DNA of 64,000 nucleotides from the NCBI GenBank assembly GCA_964035545.1, contig OZ037765.1, positions 13,340,698-13,404,697 of the forward strand, given 5' to 3'. Shown one piece after another: positions 1-12,780 of the stretch. The position numbers and the translations under genes were made by a program. The first letter of the stretch is position 1. Each line of letters starts with the position of its first letter. Source of the stretch: Bugula neritina. Its lineage: Eukaryota > Animalia > Bryozoa. The notes under the pieces are model-generated. The model did not search any database and was not told the origin of the DNA. It saw nothing but the letters and a program-made list of their open reading frames with translations.

Positions 1-123
1 TTTTATTGCTTACAAACGTCCTGATGCTACATTAGTTAATATGAAGTTTATAGTAGTGGTAATAGTAATTATATTACTACACTTTATCATACTGGTATAT
101 TGGAAGACTAACAACGCACTCAC

Positions 124-2348
124 CCCCATTTAGTAAACAAGCAGATTCTATCTGAAACAAAGAAACACCTTCATTTTGCCTAAAAGAAAATCAAACAAAC
201 TCAATGTATGAGCAACAACAAAGATGATCTAGAATTAGAAAAATAATTTAAGTAAGTGAATGCTGAGAGTATATTCTATAGGAAGAGAAAAGGATGCAAG
301 AAGACATAGGCACTTAGCATTCAGCTTAAAACTTATTATTGGGACTACATATTGTTCACTATCAACAGGTAACTTCAAAGACTAAATTTAAAAGTTCCGA
401 TTTCAAATTTAAAATTAAACTAATTTGAAACTTTTCAGGAAATATAAGCCAAACCGCGAAAATTTCTATTAGATTATCAAAAACATGCTTAGCCCAAGTC
501 CCTCAGGATGACCATATTAACATGAATTTTCTTTATGTACAAGAAATCATTAACTACAAAAAATTGACCTACAACATTTAACCCAACCTGGCCAGCAGCT
601 CCTGGGCAATCGAATCGCCATAGTCATGTGAGAGAATGTGCACATTTTTCACGCCTATTGCTTTTAGAAGAGTTGAAACATGGTCAGCCTGATTCATTAT
701 AGTATAGTTGGCTCCAATCTGACAGGTTACACAAATTTTATTAGTGAAAACAAAATGGCAGCTGACATCACTTATTTATTAATTTTTTTGGTGTAATTTT
801 ATAAGTTTTAAAAGTAACTATTCAATAAAACGCTGAAATATTTTTAGGAATACAAACGCTAGAGACCACCTTTTACTTCAAAATTAAATACATGCCAGAA
901 AAACTTTTCAATCAACAGATTGACTGCCAAATTTTTACCCACTCACATTTTTACCACTGTTATTAAGACTATTGCCAATAGCCAATATCACAATTGCTGT
1001 CACATTTTGGTATCTATGATTACTATCAATACAATATTGTAATTATTTAGAGCCATTGATAGATAATAACATATCTGCAAGGTTAAAGATCAACAGGGAA
1101 AAGACTAACCTAGATGGCATTACTGATTGATTTAAAACCAACAGCACTACAGTTTCTCTATATGTTATTATTGATCTAGCAACTTATAGTCTATTGCAGC
1201 ACTGGATGCTGCAAACATACATTATACCAACCGTCTTATCACTGAATCCAAACCCAAGAAAGTCCACAGCAATCACTCTACTAAAACTCTGTGTTAATAT
1301 TGGCCACATCTGAAATTATTGGACACAGAACAAGTCATATATAAACGAAAACTTTATTACATATTAATAAATTACAACATGAAATAAGCGTTCTTAATTA
1401 TATAACTTTTGTTTATTTTATTCAACTTATAATATCCTATCACCACTGGCTATTGTAACCTATAAGACAAAATAAGGCAAGTTGTGAAGATAAATGGTTT
1501 GAAAAATCACCAAGAGCAATTAAATCCCACAGTAGGTGCCTTAAACGTTAAAACTCAATTAATGTTAACTTCCCATACAAGAATAAAGGCATTGTTCAGA
1601 ACAAATGTGTAGTAGGTTGTAATTAAGAAGTTGACAAACTATAGTAAGTTATAGCAAGTATTGCATTTAAAAAAGGACTGAATTGAGGAGCTCACTGCTT
1701 CCAAAGAGATTTCACTAGTTATAAATAATAGATTCAGAGAGTGAGCTGTTCAAGTGGATTCAACATTCAAACCCAGAATTGCTTTTCAGTCTAGTTAGGG
1801 GAAGCTAAAATGATCAGAATAAATATTTAAAATCATTGAAATATACTGATAATCACCTTAACCCAATCATAACTGGTAGTTGGGAAACCATGTAACAGCA
1901 ACACAGTTGCAGTTGAAAATACTTTACCTTCACCATTTACATCTACAAAATAGCAAAATCTAAATGAGTTTATAATACAGCACTTACTTGCTGAAGCATA
2001 GCATTGTAAAAATTACATTATTATTTATTTATTAAGGATCAAATGCAGTAAAAAGTTCAAAGAAATAGATTAGGACTTTTTTATAGTCGTTGCAGCCTAA
2101 TGTTTTATACAATAAAATTATTATAATAAAGTTGAGTTATCTATATCAATATGTCTTTGGCACATTTTGGATGTTTTCAACTCACCTTTGTAAAACATTT
2201 TTCTCTTTTTGATTGAAAAAAATGAAGAATCTTTATTTTTCCATTGAAGAAGATTTGAAGAAAGTGAAGGACATGGCCAGCCAATATAAATAGCAAAAGC
2301 TACCATCATAATAGCCACCAGAAAAGCTCCAGCAAAGCAACGATCCAT
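124..2348 (-). CDS. MEST: MEST-like alpha/beta hydrolase, 5' part; exons 2348-2186, 1942-1857, 1309-1232, 718-588, 179-124; gene continues beyond the left edge
   Basis: GT-AG exons join in phase. They give an N-terminal hydrophobic anchor, then [54 protein letters not shown] (nucleophile Asp in HDYG) and ACLLNGG, all matching MEST-family motifs. Confidence 0.9.
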
Positions 2349-4541
2349 GCTCTTTAGCTAAATATGTAATAATCATAATGTAACAACGCATATTCACTAA
2401 TAACCTGATGAAGATTCAATTTTGATTTCCTTTTAGTTTTAGCTTACTCATATCATAATACTAATAGTAATCCTTAAACTAAATGTTAAACTTAAAGATT
2501 AAGATATTGATCAACTATAAGATTACTGATTAGCTTTAGGCAGAGGCTTAGCCAAATGAAAATCAAAATCAAAATCTTAATATCACCACTAACTCCACGA
2601 GGAAGTACTAGTAGTGTCAGAGGTGAGTACAGCTATGTTGTTTGAAAATAATACAACTATCATTCACTAGTAATATCATAATGATAAACGATTATAGTTT
2701 GAAATAATAAGATACGAATTTATTACATTATGATTATGATTATTACTCAAACTCCAAAGCGAAGATGAAGGAGGCTAATACATCGCAATTGTTTGCCGGT
2801 TATGTTTGTACACTATAATAAGCTGACAAAGTTTTCGCTTTAAAAAAAAACACTAGAGCATTTGCAACATTTTCATTAAAAAATTTTTTAAAATAAATTA
2901 AAACAATAAAACAAATTTTTTTCATAAATTAAAAAACATTATTGTAAATAAAACATACGCATTTTGCAACAAAATAGATAGATGGGTGTAGTACCATACA
3001 TAGCAGTTTCCTAAGTAAAAAACATCTAAACCCTGCAAATCTAAATTGAAACTGCCTCCGAGCCTAAGCCAGGCCCAGTTCAAGTGAGTTCTTCACTAGA
3101 CCTGATCCAATAGGTAATAATTAATATTAATAACAAAGTGTTGCCAGTGAACACTATCGCTATGTAATATAGAGCTACACTGTAGAAGTTTATTAGACTT
3201 AGTTGAGATTTTTATTAGTGTTAATATTATTCATATTGATATTGTAATAAATAATATGAATATCTGTATCATTATGATTATGATTATCAATATGAATATT
3301 AATTACTATTAGACTATCAAATTGAAACTCAAACTGGAAGAATGACTATCAGTATAACAGTATCAGTAACTCTAAGATTAAAACTTAGACTAAGTACGAG
3401 CAAGAGTGAGTCTATAACTATAAGTTTATAATAAATTATTATTAATATAGCTATAGCCTATAAGTATAACTTATACTGCAAGTGTTAGGATCAGTATGAG
3501 TATGATTTTACTATAAGTATAAGTATAAGCCATAAGAATTGATAAGTATTACTCTTTACTGTTAGTGTTGCACTCATTTTATAATTATTGTTTATCCTAA
3601 TTCATGTATCATAATATTAATAATCGTTTAAGTTCTAAAATGTAGAAGTAGAACTAAAAGTAAATCAAGATGCTAGAGACATATTCATATTGATATAAAT
3701 TTAAAATTAAATACTATATGTAGTAATAATAGTAATATCTCATCTACTTCTTGAGTTCTAGTAGTAGTTATACATTACTGATTACTTGCAATCAGCAATG
3801 GCAGTTGAACATGGTGTTATAATTATAATGAGTATTTACTATTCATATTCAATAGCTGAGCATAATCTTATTAAGTCTAAAGCAGATGACCATAGTGATA
3901 TTTTATAGTAATAGGGCTGGGCATATGCTTTTAGTTACAGTTATACTTACATTTTAAGGTATAATTATAATAGTACACGGCTACTGCAGTACGAGTTGCT
4001 GCACTCAACATCAATTTTACCATACATGTAAGGTTTAGCTTGTGTGACACAGCTTTAAGTCCTTGCCATCAAAGTCCGAATAACTTAATCAGTATTATTG
4101 ATAATAGATATTAGTGTATATAATTAAATTTGATGTTTTTGTGCGAGAGTCACAATGAGTATGACTAATTATGATCTGAAATGATCAGGTGTATTGTGTT
4201 AAATCTACTTTTAAATCAGATATATCATGTTTGCAGTTGAAGTATTAAATACCTAATTTTAAATAAATTAAGCCATAGGTGTTCGAAAGCCCTTTGAAAA
4301 ACATTTTTATTTTGCAGCTATACTAAATAAATATTGATACTAGTATAACATTTACCATTTCAAGTTAATAATATAACTAAATGTCAAAAAATCCAAAAAT
4401 AGTAAGTTTTCAACAGCTATAAAATTAGCAGTAGTAAATTTTATCAATTGATTTTCTAAAAAAAGCCAGTGTTAGACACAGCTAATTTAGTGTAATTGAT
4501 GATTAAAATTGCATATAACAACAGTTTGTCATGCTTTATAG
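2349..4541. promoter_or_regulatory. Divergent (head-to-head) promoter and 5'UTR region shared by the MEST-like and MADF genes
   Basis: The two genes point away from each other across ~2.2 kb. There is a candidate non-coding exon donor AATAG|GTAAT at ~3113 and an acceptor TTTATAG| at 4541. Transcription starts are not directly visible. Confidence 0.5.
3255..3545. repeat. Degenerate hexamer low-complexity tract (TATGAT/TATAAG/TATAGC/TATGAG)
   Basis: Runs such as tatgat tatgat tatcaa tatgaa and tataag tataag tataag are visible. Confidence 0.6.
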
Positions 4542-4548
4542 GTTTAAT

Positions 4549-6306
4549 ATGAAAAAGATTCCTTCCACTAAACTTAGTGACCACTCTGAAGAAACACTGC
4601 TAGCTCTAATTAGGGAGGTGCAGAAATATAGATTTCTCTATGACATTAAAAGATGTGACAGGCGGGCTCCTGAATTTGTAGCTCGAAGATGTGAAATATG
4701 GAATGAAATTTCGTTGATATTCGGATTTCCAGCATCTGAATGTCTAGCAATATGGAATCGTTTGAGATCAACATTTTCAAGGCAGTTTAGAATTTACCAA
4801 AATTCAAAATATACAGGAAAAGTTTACAATCCTAACAACTGGCCTTTTTTCGATCATTTACTTTTTTTGATTCCATTCTTAGAATACAATGGGCAACCAT
4901 TACCTAACAGTAACCCAAATACTTCTGCACCACCTGCTAGCAAATCTGTCATACCAAGCCAAACTGCAGCAAATTCTTTGGCTAAAAAGGCACTTAAGCG
5001 AAGTAAGACCCTCTTGTTAAAGACCAAAGAAGCTCATACACCAGCTATGTTATCTCACTCTGGTTTTGAAATTTCAAAGCTGATAGAATTGGTCAAACAA
5101 TACCCTGTAATATATAGTTCGTACCCAAATAGATTCAAAGCTGGACAAGTTTCAAGTGCTTGGAAAAATATTTCTAGCAAAATGAGATGTCCAATGCATG
5201 ATTGCATTACAAAATGGACATCACTTTGGACCAAGCTTAGAAAGGCTACTCTTTACCCTCAAAAAACTCAGTGGGTATGGTTCTCACAAATGAAAGAATT
5301 CATACCATACCAAGATGCTCGGGCTAAAAGAAGGTTTTCAAGCAGTTATGCTGAAAAAATGATATCTGATAGTCCAGCTCAGCAATACTCAACGATTAAA
5401 TCTAAACAAAGCACTAAGCATCGGGATGAAGAACTTAGCCTAGATAAACTGGCTAATGATGAATGTATGAATAACAGTGAATATCACAGTAAAAACTTAG
5501 AAGAAACTGAGTTGGTGAGTGTTGTGTAATTTATTGTAGTTGGTTCACTGTTGATGCTGATTAATGAAGTTGCCAATTATATTTATTTTCCACATTACAC
5601 GTGGACATGGGAGCAATATCATCTATGTGATGACATTTCTTTTGCTATCATACAAGAACCATGATAAACTTAGACTATGGTCTAAATATTTAGCTTGCAA
5701 ATATATTATTTGACTCAGTTGCTAAGATCATCCTAGGTTTCAGTAAGGCCTGTAATAAAACCAATAATAAGAAACATAGACTATATGACAAAGTTGCTGT
5801 TAGCAATGTGCTTCTAATTATGAAATTTGAAGGCAAATTCAAGTTATAGAGCCATATGTTGTAAAAAGTAAAGCTCTAAAAAAATCTGTCATATATATGT
5901 GTTCCTGCGACGACTGTGTGTTCGTCAATCTGTGTACAACAGCTGTTTCAGGGTTTGTCCCCTCATCAGCACGGAACAGAGTTCCATGGCTCACACACAT
6001 ACATATATTATAAGCGCAGGCACATTGTAAGTCATTAATATGGTAAAACTAAGATGTGCGTTTTCATTCTTACAGCCTGAAAAACAGAATCTAGAAAATG
6101 CGTCAATATCTGCATGTGATGAATCAACAGCTGACACTGCAGGAGATGTTAGCCAAACACCATGTGTGAGCATTTCGAATGAATCCAAGTTTAGCGAGTA
6201 CTACTTTGGCATGTGTGTAGCACAAATGATGGAAGATGTCCCAAAATCATCGCGCCCCTTGTTAAAAGCAAACATGCTTAAAATTGTGGCCATGGAGTTG
6301 CAGTGA
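4549..6306 (+). CDS. Tandem MADF (Myb/SANT-like) domain protein with C-terminal BESS-like motif, ~398 aa; exons 4549-5514 and 6076-6306
   Basis: Two MADF repeats: LIREVQKYRFLYD...WNEIS...WNRLRSTF...WPFFDHLLFL and LIELVKQYPVIY...WKNIS...KWTSL...WVWFSQMKEF. Phase-0 donor TTG|GTGAGT at 5514 and acceptor TTACAG| at 6075. The C-terminus YFGMCVAQMMEDVPKSSRPLLKANMLKIV resembles BESS. Confidence 0.85.
5929..5988 (-). ncRNA. Hammerhead ribozyme-like motif (probably degenerate), antisense within the MADF gene intron
   Basis: Minus strand reads ...catggaac-tct-gttccgtg-CTGATGA-GGGG-ACAAA-CCCT-GAAA-CAGCTG-TT-gtacacaga. Both conserved core boxes, a paired stem II and a palindromic stem III are present. 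The cleavage triplet/stem I junction is imperfect. Confidence 0.65.
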
Positions 6307-6716
6307 TTTTTGTGTTTATTTGTTACCGAGTGTCGACTCTGGCTATTCTACTTTCTACATTCTATCTTTTATTCCTATAACCATATATACACTATAAATC
6401 ACATCTATGCTTGACAAACAAATTATTAGTGCTGAAAGTATTTTCACTTATATAGTAACCCATTTTATATAAATTTTTGAATAGTGATATTTGTTGAGCT
6501 TCGTGACTATTTTATTTTCTACAATCTAGCTTGTATTTTCACATTTTAGTATCTACAAATGTAAAAAATTCCACTTTTACCTCGGCAGATAAGTACGTTG
6601 GCCATTAAAGAAAACGCATAATTAGTTATTCAAATGTTTATTAGTTTTTCTTGTAGGTTGCTTTTATGAAATTGAAATTTTAGTGAAATTCAAGTTTATT
6701 CAATAAATAAAACATT

Positions 6717-9700
6717 CTAAAATTTAAAAATATGTTCTGTTGGTATGTTCAATTGGCTGCAGTGATCTACCATAGCACCATTGAATTCCCGAGTACCACA
6801 TATCAACACTCTTGTAGATAGAGGATTTATAAGTTCCGAATCAATGTCATCTTTTGTTATTTTGCCACTGACCAAATTTTCACCATAACTTCTCTTTTTA
6901 TCTACTTCTTTTTCCTAAAGATATTAATGATATTGGTAATTTTATATACCAAAACACTGTAACATTGAACATGAAGATTGAACACCACACAAGCTTTATG
7001 GCCCACAGAGTTTAAAGAGACAAGCTAATTTTACTAACAGTTAGTAGTTCGCATTATGAAGATAATTTTAATAATGTATATTACCTGGCTCAAAAAAGTT
7101 TTGTATGTGAAGTTCCAATGACTAGCAACTTGTTTTAAATCAGAACTCAAAAGAATGTCTTCGTATGTTTTGCAGGCATAGAGTAGGCGTAATGTTGTAA
7201 TATCCCCATCATCTCTTACAATATCTTTGCATACATTTATCATTGGTGCTATGCCAGTGCCAGCTGCTAGCATTATGTACTTCATGTACTGAAATAATTA
7301 TAACAAATAAAAGCTCAGCAAACTCAGCAAAAATAACTCGTAGGTAGTAAAAATCTAGAGCCAGTGAATTTACTGCAGAACACACATGATTCAATAACTT
7401 AGGGGGGGGGGGGGGCAATATTTCTATTGAAGAGGACAGTAAAGAGCTTTGTAAATTATCAAAACTGAATAATATTTTTTGACTACCAATAATAAATAAC
7501 TGGATCAAAAAGCAAACTTCGTTTTGCTGTCTAGAACCAACAAATTTTAACAATCTGACAAAAATATTAATTTTCTCCAAGTGTGTGGCCAACATGTGGT
7601 CATACTCTTGCTTTGAAGCACCAAGTAAACTTCACATTTAATACTCAGATCTTTATGATTTTACAGTGCGCAACATGTTGCATCATTGGTAGTTAAAATA
7701 CATTCTCTATTTTGTGAATTATCTTCTCAACAAAAACTTCACTGTGACCGTGAAGTATTCTTAAACAGCTTACAAATTAACTCAATGCAAACAACTATCC
7801 TCTGTTGTTACATGCATAACATGAAATAATGATTTATTCATTATTTTACATAAATTAAGTAGACCAAAACCATCTTCTACAATGTAAAAGACATGTCGCT
7901 AATACATTCTTAAAAAATTATATAATTACAAATACCAAGTGTGTTGTAAAGCCAATAAATCTTAGCTACTATAAAGTGATGGTAATTGGACAATAAATAA
8001 ATTTGGGGCATTCTATATAAGATTGGTAAATCAGAATTAACTGTTTAATTTAGATATCGTTCCTAGTATTCAGCATAACTTAAACACAATGTGTGAGTTT
8101 CACTTGAACCTATAGTTACTAAGAATAGTTGAACCAGGCATTCTAGCATAACTAAATGTGGAAAAAAATCACTTGCAAGATTTGATCAGTGAATATCCTA
8201 ATTTGTGTACAGACAATAGAATTGATAGTATCTCAAAAACCCAGTTATGTACATACCCAACGAGAAGTTACTCTTGAGATCTTCTTATTTATTTTCTATT
8301 TGTTATTTAAACATTTTTCAAGTTTTAAAAGCCTTTCCAATGTAGCAGTATAATTAATGTCAAAGAAAAATATATAAATGAGACTTTACACGTTACCTTA
8401 TTAGGAGAATGAAGAAACATACCGTGAGGTCCCCTCCATTCCACCTCATCCCCAACTTGCCACTCAGTTTTGATATGTGACGTAATACAGCCATTGATAT
8501 AATGCTGTAACAGACCAAAAATCTCAAATTAGGAAATATTGGAAATTTGGAAATAAGAAAATATGGTTTTTTTCTGCATTAAACAACTATACCAAACTTA
8601 GACTACTTGCAAACTGAAAGCTGATGCTCAAGATGACTTGCTGCCTTGTCTTATCAGAAAAATGTTATTGAAAACATGCACACATTTTGTAGAAAAAATA
8701 AAAGTAGCATGAGTGATGGAAAGGTTTTAAAAATAGTTCAATACTTTATTAAATCAGTTTGAGACTCCAGATAATATTATCCAATTAGTAAATTTGATAG
8801 TTAATCGACTTTGAGAGATATACAAAGTTGATCGAAAACTCACACAAAATTACGAGAAATTACAAATAAAGTAGCTTGCCTTACAACACGCTCTTATATC
8901 ATAATTATATCAACAGGAAGGTTTTTCAACTATTGGATTTTATTCAATAATGTAATAAATTATTGATTTCGGAAAAGAAAGCAAAGTGACAAAGTGAGTA
9001 AGCATTCATGTTAATATGATGTCACCAGCACCTCTTCTGTAGGCAAACACGATTAACTTCTCTAAGCAAAGCCACTATCAAATATCAACTCTATCTTGAT
9101 AATCAAACAATGGAAAAAATCCACAGCATAGAAATTCAAATCAATCTTTTGTGTATATTTCCAACAACTATTTGATAATAATACAGCAATGAGCACCTAT
9201 AGTTCCAACTAAAAACTTAAATGCCAAAAAATAAATGGGGCAACGACGATTCATATTAAAATTGGATTTGTGACCTCGTAATTCATATTAAAAAAAAAGT
9301 AATTTTTGTAATTTAACAAACTGGAAATTTGCAAAATAAAAATTATTTAAGGATGAATATGTAAAGATAAACTGAAATGAATTACTGTTGCAAGGAATGC
9401 TAAAATTTTCCAGACATTATGCATATATAATACATATGCAAACATCATATATAATATATAATACACAGTACTAACCTTGATAAGCACTTTAAAAGTCAAT
9501 TCCTGTGGGTTTGGTACAGCTATAGGAGTATACTGCCTGGTCACAGAAATACCTTCAATTAACTCTCTAAAAAAAGAAAACAATGTCCTCATCACAACAC
9601 ATGAGAAGGAAATGCATAATATACTGAAGCTCTATACACAATCATAGGCATGTATTGTATAAAATGTATTATTGAATTCATGTAAATTGAAAAGCACTTG

Positions 9701-10282
9701 AATGGCTGGTTTTTTAAATGTCAACAATTAGTAGTGGTGGTAGCAGTAGCAGCAGTAGTATAGTTAGAAGTGGGTGTGGAACCTGTAGTGTGGTCATACA
9801 CTACTGATACGAAACGAAAGTATTACCTGAGAATAAGGTGTTGACCAGGTTTAATTTCAACATATCCGAGGCTATCAAATGTATACACAAATGTGTTATG
9901 GTTTACAGATTTTATATCAAGAAGCCTACACTTGGTGTAGGTATCTGGTGTTATGGAACTTTTTGGAGCCTAAAATATTTATGTATTAAATTTGACAGTG
10001 TTAACAGAATATAGGTATGATCATATAGTGGTATCAAATTTGTATTTAGTGCAAACCAACAGCGGCATGAAATACCTGCCCAAGTAAAATATTGTTGCAC
10101 TCGTTCTCCCAGATCTTCAACTCCTGTTCATAGATATCTTTAACACAAAGATCACAGCCAGAGTTGCAACAGTCCGACTCACTTGGCGGCTTTGGGCGAG
10201 GTGGCAGAGTTGTCATGTTTCTCTGGTGCAAGCTTCGGCCAAAACTTATAGCCTGACAGAAATTTATAACAAAGGGAAACAT
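6717..10282 (-). CDS. CYB5RL: NADH-cytochrome b5 reductase-like protein, ~316 aa; exons 10282-10076, 9969-9827, 9566-9476, 8504-8397, 7288-7085, 6914-6717
   Basis: N-terminal Oxidored-like Cys motif (PPRPKPPSESDCCNSGCDLCVKDIYEQEL), FAD-binding PGQHLILR / RQYTP / WRGPHG, NAD-binding LAAGTGIAPM, VLICGTREF and terminal IFKF*. All splice phases are consistent (951 nt). Confidence 0.92.
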
Positions 10283-10750
10283 CAGTGTTTTAGGGATTCA
10301 TGGTTGCTCAAAATAATTATAATTGAACCCTAAATTTAGTGATGATAACTTTAAACTAGATATAATTAGGCAAAAACACAAACAATTGAATGCTATTAAT
10401 TAAAAAAAGGTAAACATCAAAATTATCTGGTATAGAAGATGAAATTACCCGTTTTAGTGGACATTGAACTGTTCTATATATAACACTCCATCCCATAGGA
10501 AGCATATATCAGTCTACAAAATACCATATCAAAATTTTTTTGTTTTAATGTTAATAGCAACAGATTAGAAAATGCAAACAGCTAACATTTATAATTAACA
10601 GTCTGGTTGTTAAGATAAAGGAAATTGATTTATTAATTGTTTGAAACTGTGAGCATAAAAGCTATTGCTAATAATGCATATTTTCTAACATTCACCTATA
10701 CATGATATGTTATCGTCTAGCTATCACTAGAACTTTCCTTCTCACTTATG

Positions 10751-10830
10751 TCAGGGTGCTGCAGTTGGTAAAAATGTTTGCTTTTCAAACAAGAAGTTGT
10801 GAGTTCAAATCTCTATCAGTTTTGCCCTCT
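10751..10830 (+). mobile_element. tRNA-derived SINE-like head (decayed)
   Basis: A-box-like TGCTGCAGTTGGTAA and B-box-like GAGTTCAAATCTC at tRNA-like spacing. No complete cloverleaf or acceptor stem. Confidence 0.45.
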
Positions 10831-11836
10831 GTCATGCTGCTATAGATGTCTTCAAGCATTATTTGTTAACTGATATTTTGTATGCTATGCTACTATAATA
10901 TGATACACTGCATATATAGTACCCAGCTTCCTTGCAATGTTAGTTAGGGCTCAATATTGCCTTGTGTTGAATACTTGCTTGTATTCTACCTTTTTCGTAT
11001 TTATAATATCTTTTTTATTTCCATACATAGCATATTATACATCATAATGGCAACATTAAATAGACACTTATGAAGGCTATGCACCATGATACAGGACATA
11101 CATTTAACTACTGGAGATGATATATAATTATCTTAATAATGGCATACATACTTCCACATATGAACTTTCGTACTAGGACTTCTAGCCTAAGAATTATAAA
11201 TTTTTACTCTTTAGCTTTAAGATACTTATCACTTTCGTTAATCTTACCGTTATGTTGAGTGACAGAGCACTGAATACAAGGAGTAAGCAATGAGAGAACC
11301 TTCTGTATTGACTTGGCAGCTTTAGAACAGAACCTCCTATCCCTTGGAGTCCGCACTGAGCATGTGACTAAAGAGAACAATAATACTGGTGGGTACAATC
11401 CAACTACCATCAAATTATACATGCATAGAATATTATAATTGTCTGCATATCCTGTGTTATATTAGGTGCTTAGTATCTGAAAACCCCCAGTACTCAATAT
11501 AACAATGCTAAGCCGCAGTCAAATAAAGATATACTTCACATAATAACTGAAAATTTTTTTCAATTGAGGCTCAGGGTAGAAGTAGAGCTGTGTGTGGAGC
11601 TTTTAATTTTCGTTTCATACAAAATATTGTTATGATTTTGCGGGTTTAATGAAACAGATTAAGTAGTCTGCATGCCAGTACTATTATTTGCTGAATAAAA
11701 GTCTCCTTTCAATGTTGATTCTAATAGCCTTTATTTGTATATAGTTGTTGCCTCTTCGAGCTCCAGTGTAAGACTGATTTGATACTGGAGATGCTCGCCT
11801 TTATATACTGCAAAAAGTTCCTGCCACTATGGAGGT

Positions 11837-11969
11837 CCGAAACTCGGAGTTCCGGCTGCCGATTTCGGAGTTCTGCTTGCCGACTTCGGAAGAATCCGTC
11901 CGAAATCGGACACATCCTTCCGAAGTCGGACATACCCCTTCCGAAATCGGCCCTGGGTTCCGACTTCGG
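11837..11969. repeat. Array of seven CCGA-NN-TCGG quasi-palindromes, period 19-22 bp; GC/CpG-rich island
   Basis: Copies start at 11837 (11-bp variant), 11859, 11880, 11900, 11920, 11941 and 11960, separated by 9-11 nt variable spacers. Confidence 0.9.
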
Positions 11970-12780
11970 CCGAACCTCAGCTCACATAAATTATTGCAGA
12001 TTACTATAAAAAGAAGTGGCGGGGAAACATAACTCCAAAAACTATTACAGTAACTCAAAAACAAACAATAAAAATAGGAAGGCAATTCACAATTATTACG
12101 CTATTCACTACGCTAAGAGCTTAGCTATAATTACAACATTTAACAGTATTTACAAAGTTACGCCAAGTCCATTATAATAGTGACGCGATATAATTACTAG
12201 AGCGTTAAAATCCATTACATTATACTACAGTAAAAGTGGATAGTGATCCAATATAATATGCCACATATACCTGATACTTGATAGACAAAAAAACTTAGCC
12301 AGAAACATTGAATTTGATTCTTGTGAAACAAGCTTCATTAAGGGTAAAATTTTTCATCAAGCAATTCAAGTTACCTTGATTTTAATACCATTCAACTTAT
12401 TTATTGTTTTTAGTTTCTTTTTTGAAATTTTAATTGGTATGCATCAAATTACACGGTAAATGGTAATACTACTAGTAATGTTAACTCCAACCATTTGATA
12501 TAAATATTTTATAAATTAAAATATATTACTACAATCATACATAATGATATTTATTGAAATTGTTTTACTATTACTTGGACTAAGTCTAATCAACTAAAAT
12601 TAATCAAAAACTGGAAAACAAAACAAAATGTTTAAAATTAAATTTAATATGTAAAATCTTAATCAATCACTATGACTATCAGCACTTTTTAAAAATACTA
12701 AATAATATTATTGTCGAATATTATACTTGAAGATAGTCGAACTCAAAGTCAATGCCATAGGACATAGACTGATAGAGTAT

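Noticed and set aside
91-100. TGGAAGACTA matches the first 10 nt of miR-7
   Set aside because: The rest of the mature sequence does not match and no precursor hairpin is evident.
2400-2430. Other CTGATGA occurrences (here, and near 14740, 30560, 41214, 57825) as hammerheads
   Set aside because: None has a paired stem II followed by GAAA and a stem III.
7402-7415. Poly-G runs (also 19266-19279) as functional G4 elements
   Set aside because: They are followed by GCAAT/ACAATTGCC as in common MITE remnants, and homopolymer length is unreliable.
10751-10830. Functional tRNA gene
   Set aside because: A and B boxes are degenerate and no acceptor stem forms; better explained as a SINE remnant.
11837-11969. 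CRISPR-like repeat-spacer array
   Set aside because: Repeats (10 bp) and spacers (9-11 bp) are far too short, the context is a spliced animal genome, and there are no cas genes.
11721-12085. Four overlapping ORFs on both strands
   Set aside because: Stop-poor by-product of the GC-rich palindrome array; no domain and no splice context.
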